From: Christensenella sp. UBA1750
GTDB lineage: Bacteria > Bacillota > Clostridia > Christensenellales > UBA1750
Reading direction: 5' to 3'
NCBI GenBank assembly: GCA_002315655.1
Contig: DCHO01000065.1
Coordinates: 3,161 to 67,160, forward strand
DNA: 64,000 nt
Position 1 is the stretch's first letter, and the number at the start of each line of letters is the position of its first letter. The position numbers were made by a program, and so were the translations under genes. Shown in pieces: positions 53,606 through 62,820 of the stretch. The notes beneath the pieces are model-generated. The model was not told where the DNA came from, searched no databases, and worked only from the letters and a program-made list of their open reading frames with translations.

Positions 53606-54241
53606 ATGTTCAGAAAGATGAAAAACGGTGAAGAAGAAAAGGTTGCGGAGGTGCTGACCGAGGCGTTCATAGAATACCCGCTCTACCGGGAGTGCCTGCG
53701 CGGCTGCACAGATTATCGCCATCAGTTGACGAAGTTTATGTTCGTTTGGGTAAATATATGGCAGGATTCCACCTATGTGAATGAAGAAATGAACTTCGTG
53801 GCCTGCCTTGAAAAGCCCGAGGACAACAATCCTTCGCCGTTTTCGCGCAGGATGCGGAGATTGTTGGTCGATCAGTTCCGCGATTATTCCTTAGCCTCAC
53901 GGCTTCGGATGCTCCAATACCTGCTTATATCCGAGAGGGTTGTAAAAAAATACAATCAGAAAGGCGACTACTATCTTCACAGCCTTGCAACGATAGGAAC
54001 AGCCCGGGGCAGCGGAATCATTTTCCGTTTTTTCAACGAAGTTGTGGGCAGCAGACCCTTTCTCTGCGAAACCCACACGGAGCGAAACAAAAGGCTTTAT
54101 GAGCGCATGGGCATGGTTTTGTGTGAGGCCTTGACCTGGCACCATCTCCCCCACTATCTCCTTCGGCGTCCCGAGGATGCCGACTGTAATTATGAATCGG
54201 CAATCGCAGAGCACAGCCGGAAAGACCCCTCCCCGCAATGA
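53606..54241 (+). CDS. GNAT-like acetyltransferase (tentative)
   Basis: LHSLATIGTARGSGI and CETHTERNKRLYERMGM resemble GNAT motif A and the C-terminal strand. Start assumed at the ATG at 53606 (weak RBS). Confidence 0.45.
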   Translation: MFRKMKNGEEEKVAEVLTEAFIEYPLYRECLRGCTDYRHQLTKFMFVWVNIWQDSTYVNEEMNFVACLEKPEDNNPSPFSRRMRRLLVDQFRDYSLASRLRMLQYLLISERVVKKYNQKGDYYLHSLATIGTARGSGIIFRFFNEVVGSRPFLCETHTERNKRLYERMGMVLCEALTWHHLPHYLLRRPEDADCNYESAIAEHSRKDPSPQ

Positions 54242-54280
54242 ACCGACGGATTCTTTGCAATACAGGCATCCCCCATACAC

Positions 54281-54324
54281 AAAGCAGCCCGATCTGTCAT
54301 TAAGACAAATCGGACTGCTTTTAT
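54281..54324. terminator. intrinsic terminator between the convergent GNAT-like and condensation-domain genes
   Basis: 13-bp stem AAAGCAGCCCGAT / ATCGGACTGCTTT (one mismatch), followed by TTTTAT. Confidence 0.6.
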
Positions 54325-54364
54325 GCTGAATCGCTTCAATATGTATGAAGTCTTTCGTAATGTT

Positions 54365-55774
54365 CTATTTCACGGAATCCATCAGCTCGCCGATGGTGAT
54401 GTCGGGATGCTCCATCCCCATTCGGATCAGTCGGACGGTCTCCTCATGCAGCCTTCCGATTTCCTCCTCCGTAAAGTTGAAGGGGCGGTATTCATAGAAG
54501 AAATCCATGCCGCCGTCCGTGAAGCTGGGCACAATGAGGGCGTATAGGTTGCTGGCGAAATGGCCGGTGGTCATGCCGTCAAATTCAATGTTCATTCCTT
54601 CAATGGTGAAGGTCGAATCCAGCGGAACGCAGGAAAGAACCATGGAAACATCCGCTTCGGTCATAAGATGCTTTTGATTTTTTGATTCGATCTTAAAACT
54701 ATCCATGATAGAGAAATCCGAATGGCGCATGACGGCGAGCTGCTCCTGTGTGACTGTCTTCAGAGCCTCCGTAAAGGTAGCATCCTCCTTGACGATGGTA
54801 CGCAGATGCTGTGCCTGAATGCGCAGTCCGCCGCAGTGAAGGTCATCCACGCGCACCCGGCGGTTGTTGACCATGGCGAAGGTCACGTTCTCCGAGCGCT
54901 CATTGATCGCGGAAAGATAGCTGCGCATTCCCAGAATGATGAGGCTCTGCAGCGGCGCATGATACTCCCGCGCAAAGTCGTCCACTCTGCGAATCTCGTC
55001 ACCGTCCATGTGGCAGCGCAGGGTCAGGCTTTTGTCGTGCAACAGGTCAACATAAATTGCGAAACGGTAATTCGGATCCCGCCTCCTTTTGCGCGTCTTG
55101 TTCAGCATCCGCATCCCGTCAACTCCCGCACAGAAAGAAGGATTGTCCGGTGGATAGACGGAATTGAAGAACGCCGCATCCGCATCATGCCGCTTTTGGT
55201 CATGCTTCCGTTCCAGATCGCGTATCAGGCTGTCCTCAAACCGGGTCAGCGGCGCGGGCATTTCCGTTCCGTTTTCCAGCGCCAGATACACGCTTAAGAG
55301 ATCCCTGTAGAAGATAAACACGGCAGCAATGTCCATGTTCATGTGGGAAACGTTGAAATACAACCCGCTCCGACCGTCCCAGGTCGTAAAGAGGATTGTG
55401 CGAAAGACTTGACCCTTCAGATAGCGGATCGTCTTCTTTGCATCCTCAAGCAGGTAGGCCACCATATCCTCCCGGGTCTTTCCCGAAAAATCGGCAAATC
55501 CGATTTCCGGCTCCGGCAAAGAGGGCAGGAAGTAAGAGCGGGTGCCTTTCAGGGTTCTTACAAAGTGTTCCCGAAGGCAGTCGTTGCGTTCCTGCTCGAT
55601 GATCAACGCCTTTTTGAAAATCTGCGGATCCAGCCTGTGGTCGGTGATGATATAGGTCGGAATTTGCGCCACATTCTTGTGAAGACAGAAATTCAACTGA
55701 AAGGCGTTTAGCTCCTGGCTGGCGGAAAGCTCGTACAGTTCAAGTCCCTTATACTCTTTTTTTCTCACGTTCAT
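54365..55774 (-). CDS. stand-alone NRPS-type condensation (C) domain protein
   Basis: 469 aa from the ATG at 55774. Active-site-like motif SHMNMDIAAV (HxxxD of HHxxxDG). N-terminal YELSASQE is like the C1 motif. No A or T domain in the same ORF. Confidence 0.7.
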   Translation of the reverse strand: MNVRKKEYKGLELYELSASQELNAFQLNFCLHKNVAQIPTYIITDHRLDPQIFKKALIIEQERNDCLREHFVRTLKGTRSYFLPSLPEPEIGFADFSGKTREDMVAYLLEDAKKTIRYLKGQVFRTILFTTWDGRSGLYFNVSHMNMDIAAVFIFYRDLLSVYLALENGTEMPAPLTRFEDSLIRDLERKHDQKRHDADAAFFNSVYPPDNPSFCAGVDGMRMLNKTRKRRRDPNYRFAIYVDLLHDKSLTLRCHMDGDEIRRVDDFAREYHAPLQSLIILGMRSYLSAINERSENVTFAMVNNRRVRVDDLHCGGLRIQAQHLRTIVKEDATFTEALKTVTQEQLAVMRHSDFSIMDSFKIESKNQKHLMTEADVSMVLSCVPLDSTFTIEGMNIEFDGMTTGHFASNLYALIVPSFTDGGMDFFYEYRPFNFTEEEIGRLHEETVRLIRMGMEHPDITIGELMDSVK

Positions 55775-55838
55775 ATTCCTATCCCGGTTGTTTCCAATGA
55801 CATAACCGTTTTCGAGGAAACACAGATAGTCTCCTTCA

Positions 55839-55867
55839 ATACTATTTCTCTTAATGCTGATGGTCAA
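55839..55867 (-). promoter_or_regulatory. candidate own promoter of the condensation-domain gene
   Basis: Minus strand reads TTGACC (55867-55862), 17 nt, TAGTAT (55844-55839). Confidence 0.5.
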
Positions 55868-55914
55868 GAAAAAGAGAGCAAATTGCATTTTCAGAGCACT
55901 TTACTCTCTTTTTC
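55868..55914 (-). terminator. possible terminator after the FtsX-type permease gene
   Basis: Arms GAAAAAGAGAG (55868-55878) / CTCTCTTTTTC (55904-55914), with a 25-nt loop. Confidence 0.4.
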
Positions 55915-55939
55915 AATCAACCTTATACGGTCTGCAATC

Positions 55940-58900
55940 TTACTCGATTGCTTTTAAGGATTCCACCATACTGATTGCCTTCATCCGCTTGGTCATGAAC
56001 AGGTTCACAAGGACGGTGAAGCCCATGGTGATGCAGGCGGAATAGAGGTAGCTGACAAATTTGATGTCGTGGGAGAAGGTAACCATACTGACCTCGACGG
56101 TCTGGATGATGAACTGCGCCATGAGATAACCCAGGAAGGAGCCCACCAGCACGCCCAGCACGGACATGATGATGTTCTCTCTGAAAATATACATATTGAC
56201 TTCCTTATGATTGAAGCCAAGCACCTTGACGGTAGCAATCTCACGCACACGCTCGGAAATGTTGATGTTGGTGAGATTATAAACCACGATAAAGGCCAGA
56301 ACTCCGGCGCAGAGAATCATGACAAACACGACGATGGAAAGCGAGGCCATCGTATCCTTGACCGCATTGCTCGCCATATCCGTGAAGTATGCGCTGACGA
56401 TGCGGCTATCCTTTGCCAGCCATTCCTCAGAGAAGGCATCGTGGCTGCCCATGTCATCAGTGCAACACAGGATCACCTGGGAATAGCCGTTCTTCTCCCC
56501 GGTCACTTTCTCATAATAGTCGGGAGAAATATACACATAGTTATAAATGTAGCATTCGGCGATCCCCGTTACCTTCATGGTGTACGTTTTGTCGTTGAAG
56601 GTCGTGCAGATCTCGTCCCCGATTCCGACTCCGAGCTTTTTGGAGAGCTTATTGGTGATTACCGCGCCATCGTCCGTCAGGGCAACAGGTGTCTTGGTAT
56701 CCGGGTCGCGCAGATTTATGATCTCGGCGATGCTGTCTTTGTTTTCGGGAACGAATACAAAGGTGTCCTCCATCTGGACTTTGCCTTCCGGATCCGAAGC
56801 CTTGCAGTCATAGGTGACAACGCAGATCTGGCTCTCAACCCGCGGATCTTCCTCAAGCTGGGTGATCAGATCATCCAACTTCTCTTTTTCGCTGGTCTGG
56901 TTCAGGTAGAAGGTAACGTCCTCACGGCTCAACTCACCATACTGAATATCGGAAATGGGCGAAATCGCATTGTTCAGACCGAAGCCCGCAACCACCAACG
57001 CCATGCAGCCGGCAATGCCCAGCACCGTCATGAACAGGCGGAGCTTGTAGCGGAGCAGGTTTCTGGCCGTCAGCTTCTGGAAGAAGGAGAAATGCTTCCA
57101 CAGCCAGGGCAGCTTTTCCAGGAATATCTTTTTACCCGCCTTGGGAGCCTTGGGGCGCATCAGCGCCGCAGTGGTGGTGCGCAGCTCCTTCCAACAGACG
57201 ACCGCCGCAACCGCAACCGTGCAGATGAGTGCCACGACAACGGAGACCAGCAGCATTCCGATGGGAACCTTGATGATGAAATAAGGCAGACTATACAGAA
57301 TACTGTACGCCCCGAAGATGACGCGGGGCAGAATCTGCGACAGTGCCACGGGGCCGACAATGCAGCCGCCCACGCAGGCCAGCGCCGCATACACCAGATA
57401 CTTGGACGCCGTTTCAAACTGGGTGTAGCCCAGCGCCTTGTAGGTGCCCATCTGGGTGCGTTGCTCGTCAATCATGCGGGTCATGGTGGTTAAGCAGACC
57501 AGTGCCGCGACCATCAGGAAGAACACGGGGAACACGTCGCCGATGGCGTCGATTCGCATGGCGTCCTGCCGGAAGTTCGCATAGTTCACCATGATGTCCT
57601 CGCGGGAGAGCACATACCACTTGCCCGCCACCACGTCGGAAATCATGCTTTTCGCATTCTGAATGCGATTGAAGCCGCTGGACAGCTCCTTTTCCACTTC
57701 GGCCATGGAATCGGTGTATTCCGCCATGCCTTCTTCATATTCATCCTGCGCATCGTCCAACTGTTCTTCGGAATCCACAAGCTGCCGGTGCGCATCATCC
57801 AGTTCTTTCTGTGCCTCAGCCTTCTTCTTTTTCAGCGTTCTCTGACCGCTTTTCAGGCTGGCTTTGGCATTTTCCAGCTCTCGCTTGCCGTCCTCGATTT
57901 CCTGGGCAGCCGCGGCAAGCTGTCGCTCCGCCTCTACCTTTCCGGCTTCATATTCTCTTTCCCCGGCTTCCAGCTCGATTCTTGCGCTGTTCAGCTCGGA
58001 TTCTGCCGATTCGAGCTGGGCTTTGTATTCATTGTACTCTGCCATCTGCGCATCGGCTTCGTCCATCTGCGCCTTGGCTTCGTCCAATTCTCTCTGCGCG
58101 TCGTCCAATGCCGCCTGCGCTTCATCGTAGGCTTCCAGCATCTCCTCTTTGCTCACTTCACTGCCGACCGACAGGTTGGCAAGCTCCTCTTCCTGCCGTG
58201 CAATGGACTCCTCGAGATCCGCAATTTTCTGCTCCATCTCGATGTATTCCGGTGTTCCGGGCTCCATCGTGCTTAGCTGCTCCTGATAGTTCTGCAACTG
58301 GGCCTTTGAAGCTTCCAGTGCAGCCTGAAGGATTGCAAGATCCGTCGCGCTGATGGTGTGGCTTTCCTCCTGATCTATCTGCGCCTTGATCTGATCCAGC
58401 GTAGCCTGTGCCATGGACACTGCCCGCTGTGCCTGCTCATATTCCTCTTTGGCCTGTTCGTATTCTTCGATGGCATCCTGATACTCGGCGGTGGCGGCGG
58501 AGAATTCTCTTTCCGCCTTCTCATACTCGGATTTGCCTGCATTGTATTCCGCCCAGCCGCTGTCCAGCTGCGCACGCGCATCCTTCAGCTTGGCCTCGGT
58601 TTCCTTCTTTTTCTGCTCATATTCGGCAATACCGGCAGCCAGCTCCTTCTTGCCGCTCTGGATGGAGGCCTCCGCGTGTCTTAACTGTCTCTCCGCGTCC
58701 GCGATCTGTTTGTCCGCTTCCTCGGAGCCGGCCTCATAATCCTTCCAGCCCTGCTCCAATGCCAGCAGGCCGTCGTCGATCTGCTTTCTCGCATCCTCCA
58801 GCTGGGTGCGCGCTTCACTCAGCTCTTTGTCTGCCTTTTCCTTGCCCTCGTTGTATTCCTCTTCCGCATCCGCGATCTGCGCGTTTGTTTCATCGGCAAA

Positions 58901-59671
58901 GAGGTTATACTGCCTAATGCCGAGCTTTTCCAGCTTCTTTGTCAACTGACTTAAGATCTCGTCGTACTCCTCGTCAAAGGCGGAAATCCCTTCGTCGTGG
59001 CACTTTAGGGTCACATACATTTCCGTGTAGCGCTCATACAGGAAGTTTTCGGCGGGGATCATGATATAGCTTGAAATGGATCCGCTGCCGATGGAAGAAG
59101 TTCCGAAGGAGTAGGAAATATAGAGCGGGGATTCGATGATGCCGACGACCTTGAAGGAACGTCTGGAAAGCACATCGTCGGTCACGGTTTCCCCGGCGTA
59201 TTCTTCAAAGGTGATTTCATCTCCGATGGCATACGGAACGCCGAGAAGGGTGGATTTTATGACAACGCACTCGTCCTCACCGGTCGGCATACGGCCTTCC
59301 CGCAGCACGGGCAGGTTGATGCTGTTTTCCATGTCCGCCGGAATGGCCATGACCTTTGCGACCACATATTCCCCGTTGTTCTCCGTGATGAGGTCAGCCG
59401 AATAGGTCAGCGTGACGTGCTTGATCTCATCCAGCTCCGCCACAGCGTCCGCGTCTTCTCTGGAAAAGCCGACGGTGGAAAGAATCTCCACATCCATCAG
59501 GTTCTGTGCGGAGAAATAGTCCTCGGCAGTGCCGTACATACTGGGCGCAGTCGCCTTGACGCCGACAAAAAAGCCCACGCCGACCGCAATGATCAGCATA
59601 ATGGACAGAAAACGCCCCAGAGACTTTTTGATCTCCCGGAATGTATCTTTGAAAAGTGCCTTCTTTTTCAC
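55940..59671 (-). CDS. MacB/FtsX-family ABC permease (two FtsX modules) with a roughly 420-residue coiled-coil insertion in the first extracytoplasmic domain
   Basis: GTG start at 59671 (AGAGAGG RBS). TM1 FLSIMLIIAVGVGFFVGV. Two 4-TM FtsX blocks. Residues about 258-678 are A/E/Q/K-rich heptad-like sequence. Confidence 0.85.
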   Translation of the reverse strand: MKKKALFKDTFREIKKSLGRFLSIMLIIAVGVGFFVGVKATAPSMYGTAEDYFSAQNLMDVEILSTVGFSREDADAVAELDEIKHVTLTYSADLITENNGEYVVAKVMAIPADMENSINLPVLREGRMPTGEDECVVIKSTLLGVPYAIGDEITFEEYAGETVTDDVLSRRSFKVVGIIESPLYISYSFGTSSIGSGSISSYIMIPAENFLYERYTEMYVTLKCHDEGISAFDEEYDEILSQLTKKLEKLGIRQYNLFADETNAQIADAEEEYNEGKEKADKELSEARTQLEDARKQIDDGLLALEQGWKDYEAGSEEADKQIADAERQLRHAEASIQSGKKELAAGIAEYEQKKKETEAKLKDARAQLDSGWAEYNAGKSEYEKAEREFSAATAEYQDAIEEYEQAKEEYEQAQRAVSMAQATLDQIKAQIDQEESHTISATDLAILQAALEASKAQLQNYQEQLSTMEPGTPEYIEMEQKIADLEESIARQEEELANLSVGSEVSKEEMLEAYDEAQAALDDAQRELDEAKAQMDEADAQMAEYNEYKAQLESAESELNSARIELEAGEREYEAGKVEAERQLAAAAQEIEDGKRELENAKASLKSGQRTLKKKKAEAQKELDDAHRQLVDSEEQLDDAQDEYEEGMAEYTDSMAEVEKELSSGFNRIQNAKSMISDVVAGKWYVLSREDIMVNYANFRQDAMRIDAIGDVFPVFFLMVAALVCLTTMTRMIDEQRTQMGTYKALGYTQFETASKYLVYAALACVGGCIVGPVALSQILPRVIFGAYSILYSLPYFIIKVPIGMLLVSVVVALICTVAVAAVVCWKELRTTTAALMRPKAPKAGKKIFLEKLPWLWKHFSFFQKLTARNLLRYKLRLFMTVLGIAGCMALVVAGFGLNNAISPISDIQYGELSREDVTFYLNQTSEKEKLDDLITQLEEDPRVESQICVVTYDCKASDPEGKVQMEDTFVFVPENKDSIAEIINLRDPDTKTPVALTDDGAVITNKLSKKLGVGIGDEICTTFNDKTYTMKVTGIAECYIYNYVYISPDYYEKVTGEKNGYSQVILCCTDDMGSHDAFSEEWLAKDSRIVSAYFTDMASNAVKDTMASLSIVVFVMILCAGVLAFIVVYNLTNINISERVREIATVKVLGFNHKEVNMYIFRENIIMSVLGVLVGSFLGYLMAQFIIQTVEVSMVTFSHDIKFVSYLYSACITMGFTVLVNLFMTKRMKAISMVESLKAIE

Positions 59672-59690
59672 AGCGCGCCTCTCTTATCTC

Positions 59691-60395
59691 TTACCACTCA
59701 ATTTCGCTGACAGGCATGGGATTCTCATTCATCGTCACGCTCTCCACCTTGCCGGAACGCATACGGATCACGCGATCCGCCATGGGGGCGATGGAAGAGT
59801 TGTGCGTGATGAGCACGACCGTCATGCCGGTCTTTTTGCAGGTGTCCTGCAAAAGAGAAAGAATCATTTTGCCGGTAACATAGTCCAGTGCGCCGGTAGG
59901 CTCGTCGCACAGAAGGAGCTTGGGGTTTTTTGCCAGCGCACGGGCAATGGCCACGCGCTGCTGCTCGCCGCCGGATAACTGGGAGGGGAAATTGTCTTTA
60001 CGCTCGTCCAGCCCGACCTGGCTCATCACCTCGTCCACATCCAGATGCTCCGGGCAGATCTGCACCGCCAGCTCGACGTTTTCCTTCGCCGTCAGGTTCT
60101 GGATCAGGTTATAGAACTGGAACACAAATCCGATGTCAAAACGGCGATAGTCAATCAGCTGGGAATCGTTCAGCCGGCTGACATCCTTTTCATCCACAAT
60201 GATCGAACCCTCATCGCTGGTGTCGATTCCGCCAAGGATATTGAGGATCGTGGTCTTTCCGGCGCCGCTGGCGCCCAGGATGATTGCAAGCTCCCCTTTT
60301 TCGATGGAAAAACCGGCGTGATCCACGGCGTTGATCACCGTGTCGCCCATCTGATAACGCTTGCATACATCCGTAAATTCAATATACGCACTCAT
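59691..60395 (-). CDS. ABC transporter ATP-binding protein (MacB/LolD-type)
   Basis: Walker [10 protein letters not shown], signature [15 protein letters not shown], Walker [22 protein letters not shown]. Confidence 0.9.
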   Translation of the reverse strand: MSAYIEFTDVCKRYQMGDTVINAVDHAGFSIEKGELAIILGASGAGKTTILNILGGIDTSDEGSIIVDEKDVSRLNDSQLIDYRRFDIGFVFQFYNLIQNLTAKENVELAVQICPEHLDVDEVMSQVGLDERKDNFPSQLSGGEQQRVAIARALAKNPKLLLCDEPTGALDYVTGKMILSLLQDTCKKTGMTVVLITHNSSIAPMADRVIRMRSGKVESVTMNENPMPVSEIEW

Positions 60396-60437
60396 GCTCT
60401 GTCCCTCATTTCATTTCCGTTGTCCGGCTTTCTCCGC

Positions 60438-60668
60438 TCAGTGAACGCCGTTTTTGTTCAGGTAAGCCAGCACATCGCCCACCGTGACGAATTCCATGGC
60501 GGTGCTCTCATCGATCTCAACACCGAAGGCATCCTCAAGCTCCACCACGATGTTCATCATGGCCAGAGAATTGAGCCCCAGATCGGTCTTGAGCTGGGTA
60601 TCCTCACTGATCTTGTTGAGGTCAATCTCGGTGTACTGTGCAATGATCTCCTTGATTTTGTCCATCAT
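60438..60668 (-). CDS. acyl/peptidyl carrier protein
   Basis: 76 aa. Phosphopantetheine attachment motif DLGLNSLAMM. GGAGGA RBS 7 nt upstream. Confidence 0.85.
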   Translation of the reverse strand: MMDKIKEIIAQYTEIDLNKISEDTQLKTDLGLNSLAMMNIVVELEDAFGVEIDESTAMEFVTVGDVLAYLNKNGVH

Positions 60669-60749
60669 GTGAATGTCCTCCGATATATGTAAATAATACT
60701 ATTTCGCTACCATCCCACGAGCGTGTTTTCAGAGATTCGGAAGCACACG

Positions 60750-62492
60750 CTAAAGTGCGATGGTGCCCCTGCGCACCTCGGCACTGTTGCGCAGTACCTT
60801 GTGGGTCGCGTTCTTCGGGAATTCCTCCAGCGTCACATACAGGCTGACAATGCGCTTGTAGAAGGCCAGGCTGTGGTTGATCTTGCGGATATCCTCCGCA
60901 ACGCGCTTCTGAATCTCCTCGATGTCCAGCATGGAAAGCTCACTGTCCGGGCGGACGGAAACGGCTGCCGCGATGTTGTGGATCTTCTTGTTCTTGACCT
61001 TTTTCACCGCGTCATAGACGACAATATCCCGGATATAGTCACAGGCGCTTTCGATCTTGCCTTCGATCTCCTCGGGAGAAACGTTTTTGCCGTTGTCAAG
61101 GATAATCAGGTTCTTTTTGCGCCCGGAGATGAACAGCTCGCCCTTTCGGTTCACATAGCCGAAATCGCCGGTTTTGAACCAGCCGTCCTCAAAGGATACG
61201 CGGTTGGATTCCTCGTCATGATAGTAGCCGGAGGTCACGTTGTCCCCCTTCACCATCACTTCTCCGATGCCGACGGAATTGGTCTTGTCGATGCGGATGG
61301 TAACGCCCGGAACCGCGTTGCCCACGGATTGCAGCGTTCCCCGCCCTTTCAGATTCACGGCGACAAGCGGCGAGCATTCCGTGATCCCGTAGCCGTGCAT
61401 AATGTCAAAACCCATATCATCCAGACACTTGGCCACGCGCTCGTTGATCGGCGCACCGCCGCAGACGAACACATTGAGCTGCCCGCCGAATGTTTCCTTT
61501 ATATGGGCGAAAAGGCGGTCTCTTATGTCGATTCCCAGGAAACGCAGAAAACGCGACACGAACAGCGCCGTTTTGAGCTTGGCTTCTTTGCGGCCTTTCC
61601 GTGCGTTCATCCAGATGCTTGCGTAAAACTCATTGAGAAACAGGGGCACAACAAACGCAAAATCCGGCTTGTACGTCTGGAAATCGCGGGTCAACCGCTT
61701 CAGCCCGGCGTTGATGCCGACATTCACGCCCAGATAAACGGCGGGCAAAATATGACAGTTGAACTCAAAGGAATGATTCATCGGAAGCAGGGAAATGGAT
61801 TGGTTCCCACTCGGGAAAACTTCCATGCTGGAATAGGTGTTAGCGCAAATATTTCTATGTCTGAGCTCCACGCCCTTGTTTGCGCCCGTTGTCCCGGAAG
61901 TAAACTGGATTACGGCAAGATCCTCCGGCTGCACGGGATAATCCATAAATGCGGTATCGCCCTGCTCGTTTATCAAACGATTCCCGGAAGCCGCAAGTTC
62001 CTCAAAAGCAAAGGTTTTCTCCGGCATTTCCCCGGCGCAGCCCCACGCAATGACGCTCTGCACCGAAGGCTTTGTGTCCCGAATGTGCAGCGCCGTGTCC
62101 ATGAATTTTGCGGAACAGATCAGGTGCTCCACATTCCCCTGCTCGGAAAGAGCGCACAGATCCTCCAGGGTCAGCTCCTTGTCCAGAGGAACCGCAACGC
62201 CGATTCCCGTGACCGCCAGATACGCAACGACCCAGAAATAGGCATTTTCCCCTAATATCCCGATGTGACTTCCCTGCATATTCATCCGGCACAGCATCGT
62301 GCCAAAGGCCTTCACATCCCGAACGAGATCATCAAAGGTATGCTCGATGACCCGGGTTCCCTTGCTCTCCCGAAATGCGACCTTGCCGAGATGAAAGCGT
62401 TCGACCACAGAGAGAAGCTGTTTTACGGTCGTTATCCTGAATGCGGAAATGATTTCTTTTCTGTACTTGCTACAATCTCTTCTGTTTCTCAT
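60750..62492 (-). CDS. AMP-dependent synthetase/ligase (fatty-acyl-AMP/ACP ligase-like)
   Basis: Adenylation core motifs IQFTSGTTGANKGVELRHRN, GYGITECSP, WFKTGDFGYVNRKGELFISGRKKNLII. Confidence 0.85.
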   Translation of the reverse strand: MRNRRDCSKYRKEIISAFRITTVKQLLSVVERFHLGKVAFRESKGTRVIEHTFDDLVRDVKAFGTMLCRMNMQGSHIGILGENAYFWVVAYLAVTGIGVAVPLDKELTLEDLCALSEQGNVEHLICSAKFMDTALHIRDTKPSVQSVIAWGCAGEMPEKTFAFEELAASGNRLINEQGDTAFMDYPVQPEDLAVIQFTSGTTGANKGVELRHRNICANTYSSMEVFPSGNQSISLLPMNHSFEFNCHILPAVYLGVNVGINAGLKRLTRDFQTYKPDFAFVVPLFLNEFYASIWMNARKGRKEAKLKTALFVSRFLRFLGIDIRDRLFAHIKETFGGQLNVFVCGGAPINERVAKCLDDMGFDIMHGYGITECSPLVAVNLKGRGTLQSVGNAVPGVTIRIDKTNSVGIGEVMVKGDNVTSGYYHDEESNRVSFEDGWFKTGDFGYVNRKGELFISGRKKNLIILDNGKNVSPEEIEGKIESACDYIRDIVVYDAVKKVKNKKIHNIAAAVSVRPDSELSMLDIEEIQKRVAEDIRKINHSLAFYKRIVSLYVTLEEFPKNATHKVLRNSAEVRRGTIAL

Positions 62493-62649
62493 TTCATAAC
62501 TTTACCAATCTAATCTATTCGTATATATCCATAAAAGCAAATGAGTGCTGTCTGCACGACACTTCGATTATATGGAAAAACGCCGCCCCCGGAAGCTTTT
62601 TCATACAACCGAAACGGCCATTTATATTATACATAACAATATATAAAAA

Positions 62650-62735
62650 AGAAACAAGTTCGGAACTTTTTTCCTGTTAAATTTTTCAATGGAGTTAGAA
62701 ACAAGTTTCTCTTTCGGAAAGGACTTTTTTCCTGT
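62650..62735. repeat. paired short direct repeats in the AT-rich region upstream of the ligase operon
   Basis: AGAAACAAGTT at 62650-62660 and 62697-62707. ACTTTTTTCCTGT at 62665-62677 and 62723-62735. Confidence 0.6.
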
Positions 62736-62739
62736 CGAC

Positions 62740-62771
62740 GGCACCCTTCCCGTGCTTCCGGGAAGGGTGCC
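62740..62771 (-). other. 12-bp GC-rich hairpin downstream of the MATE-like gene (terminator-like, no U-tract)
   Basis: GGCACCCTTCCC (62740-62751) / GGGAAGGGTGCC (62760-62771), with an 8-nt loop. Confidence 0.5.
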
Positions 62772-62820
62772 ATCGGCCATATCTTCCGCCACAGTTAGCC
62801 GTCGAAGGCTCGCAGCGGCC

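Noticed and set aside
56069-57493. 474-aa plus-strand ORF, and a 510-aa ORF at 60723-62255
   Set aside because: They are antisense shadows of the FtsX permease and AMP-ligase genes, both of which carry unambiguous family motifs.
57663-58917. Cluster of alternative-frame ORFs (57788-58276, 57811-58353, 57864-58130, 58358-58684, 58408-58917, 58491-58739)
   Set aside because: They are by-products of the low-complexity GAA/GCC/CAG-rich coiled-coil coding region. There are no independent start signals.
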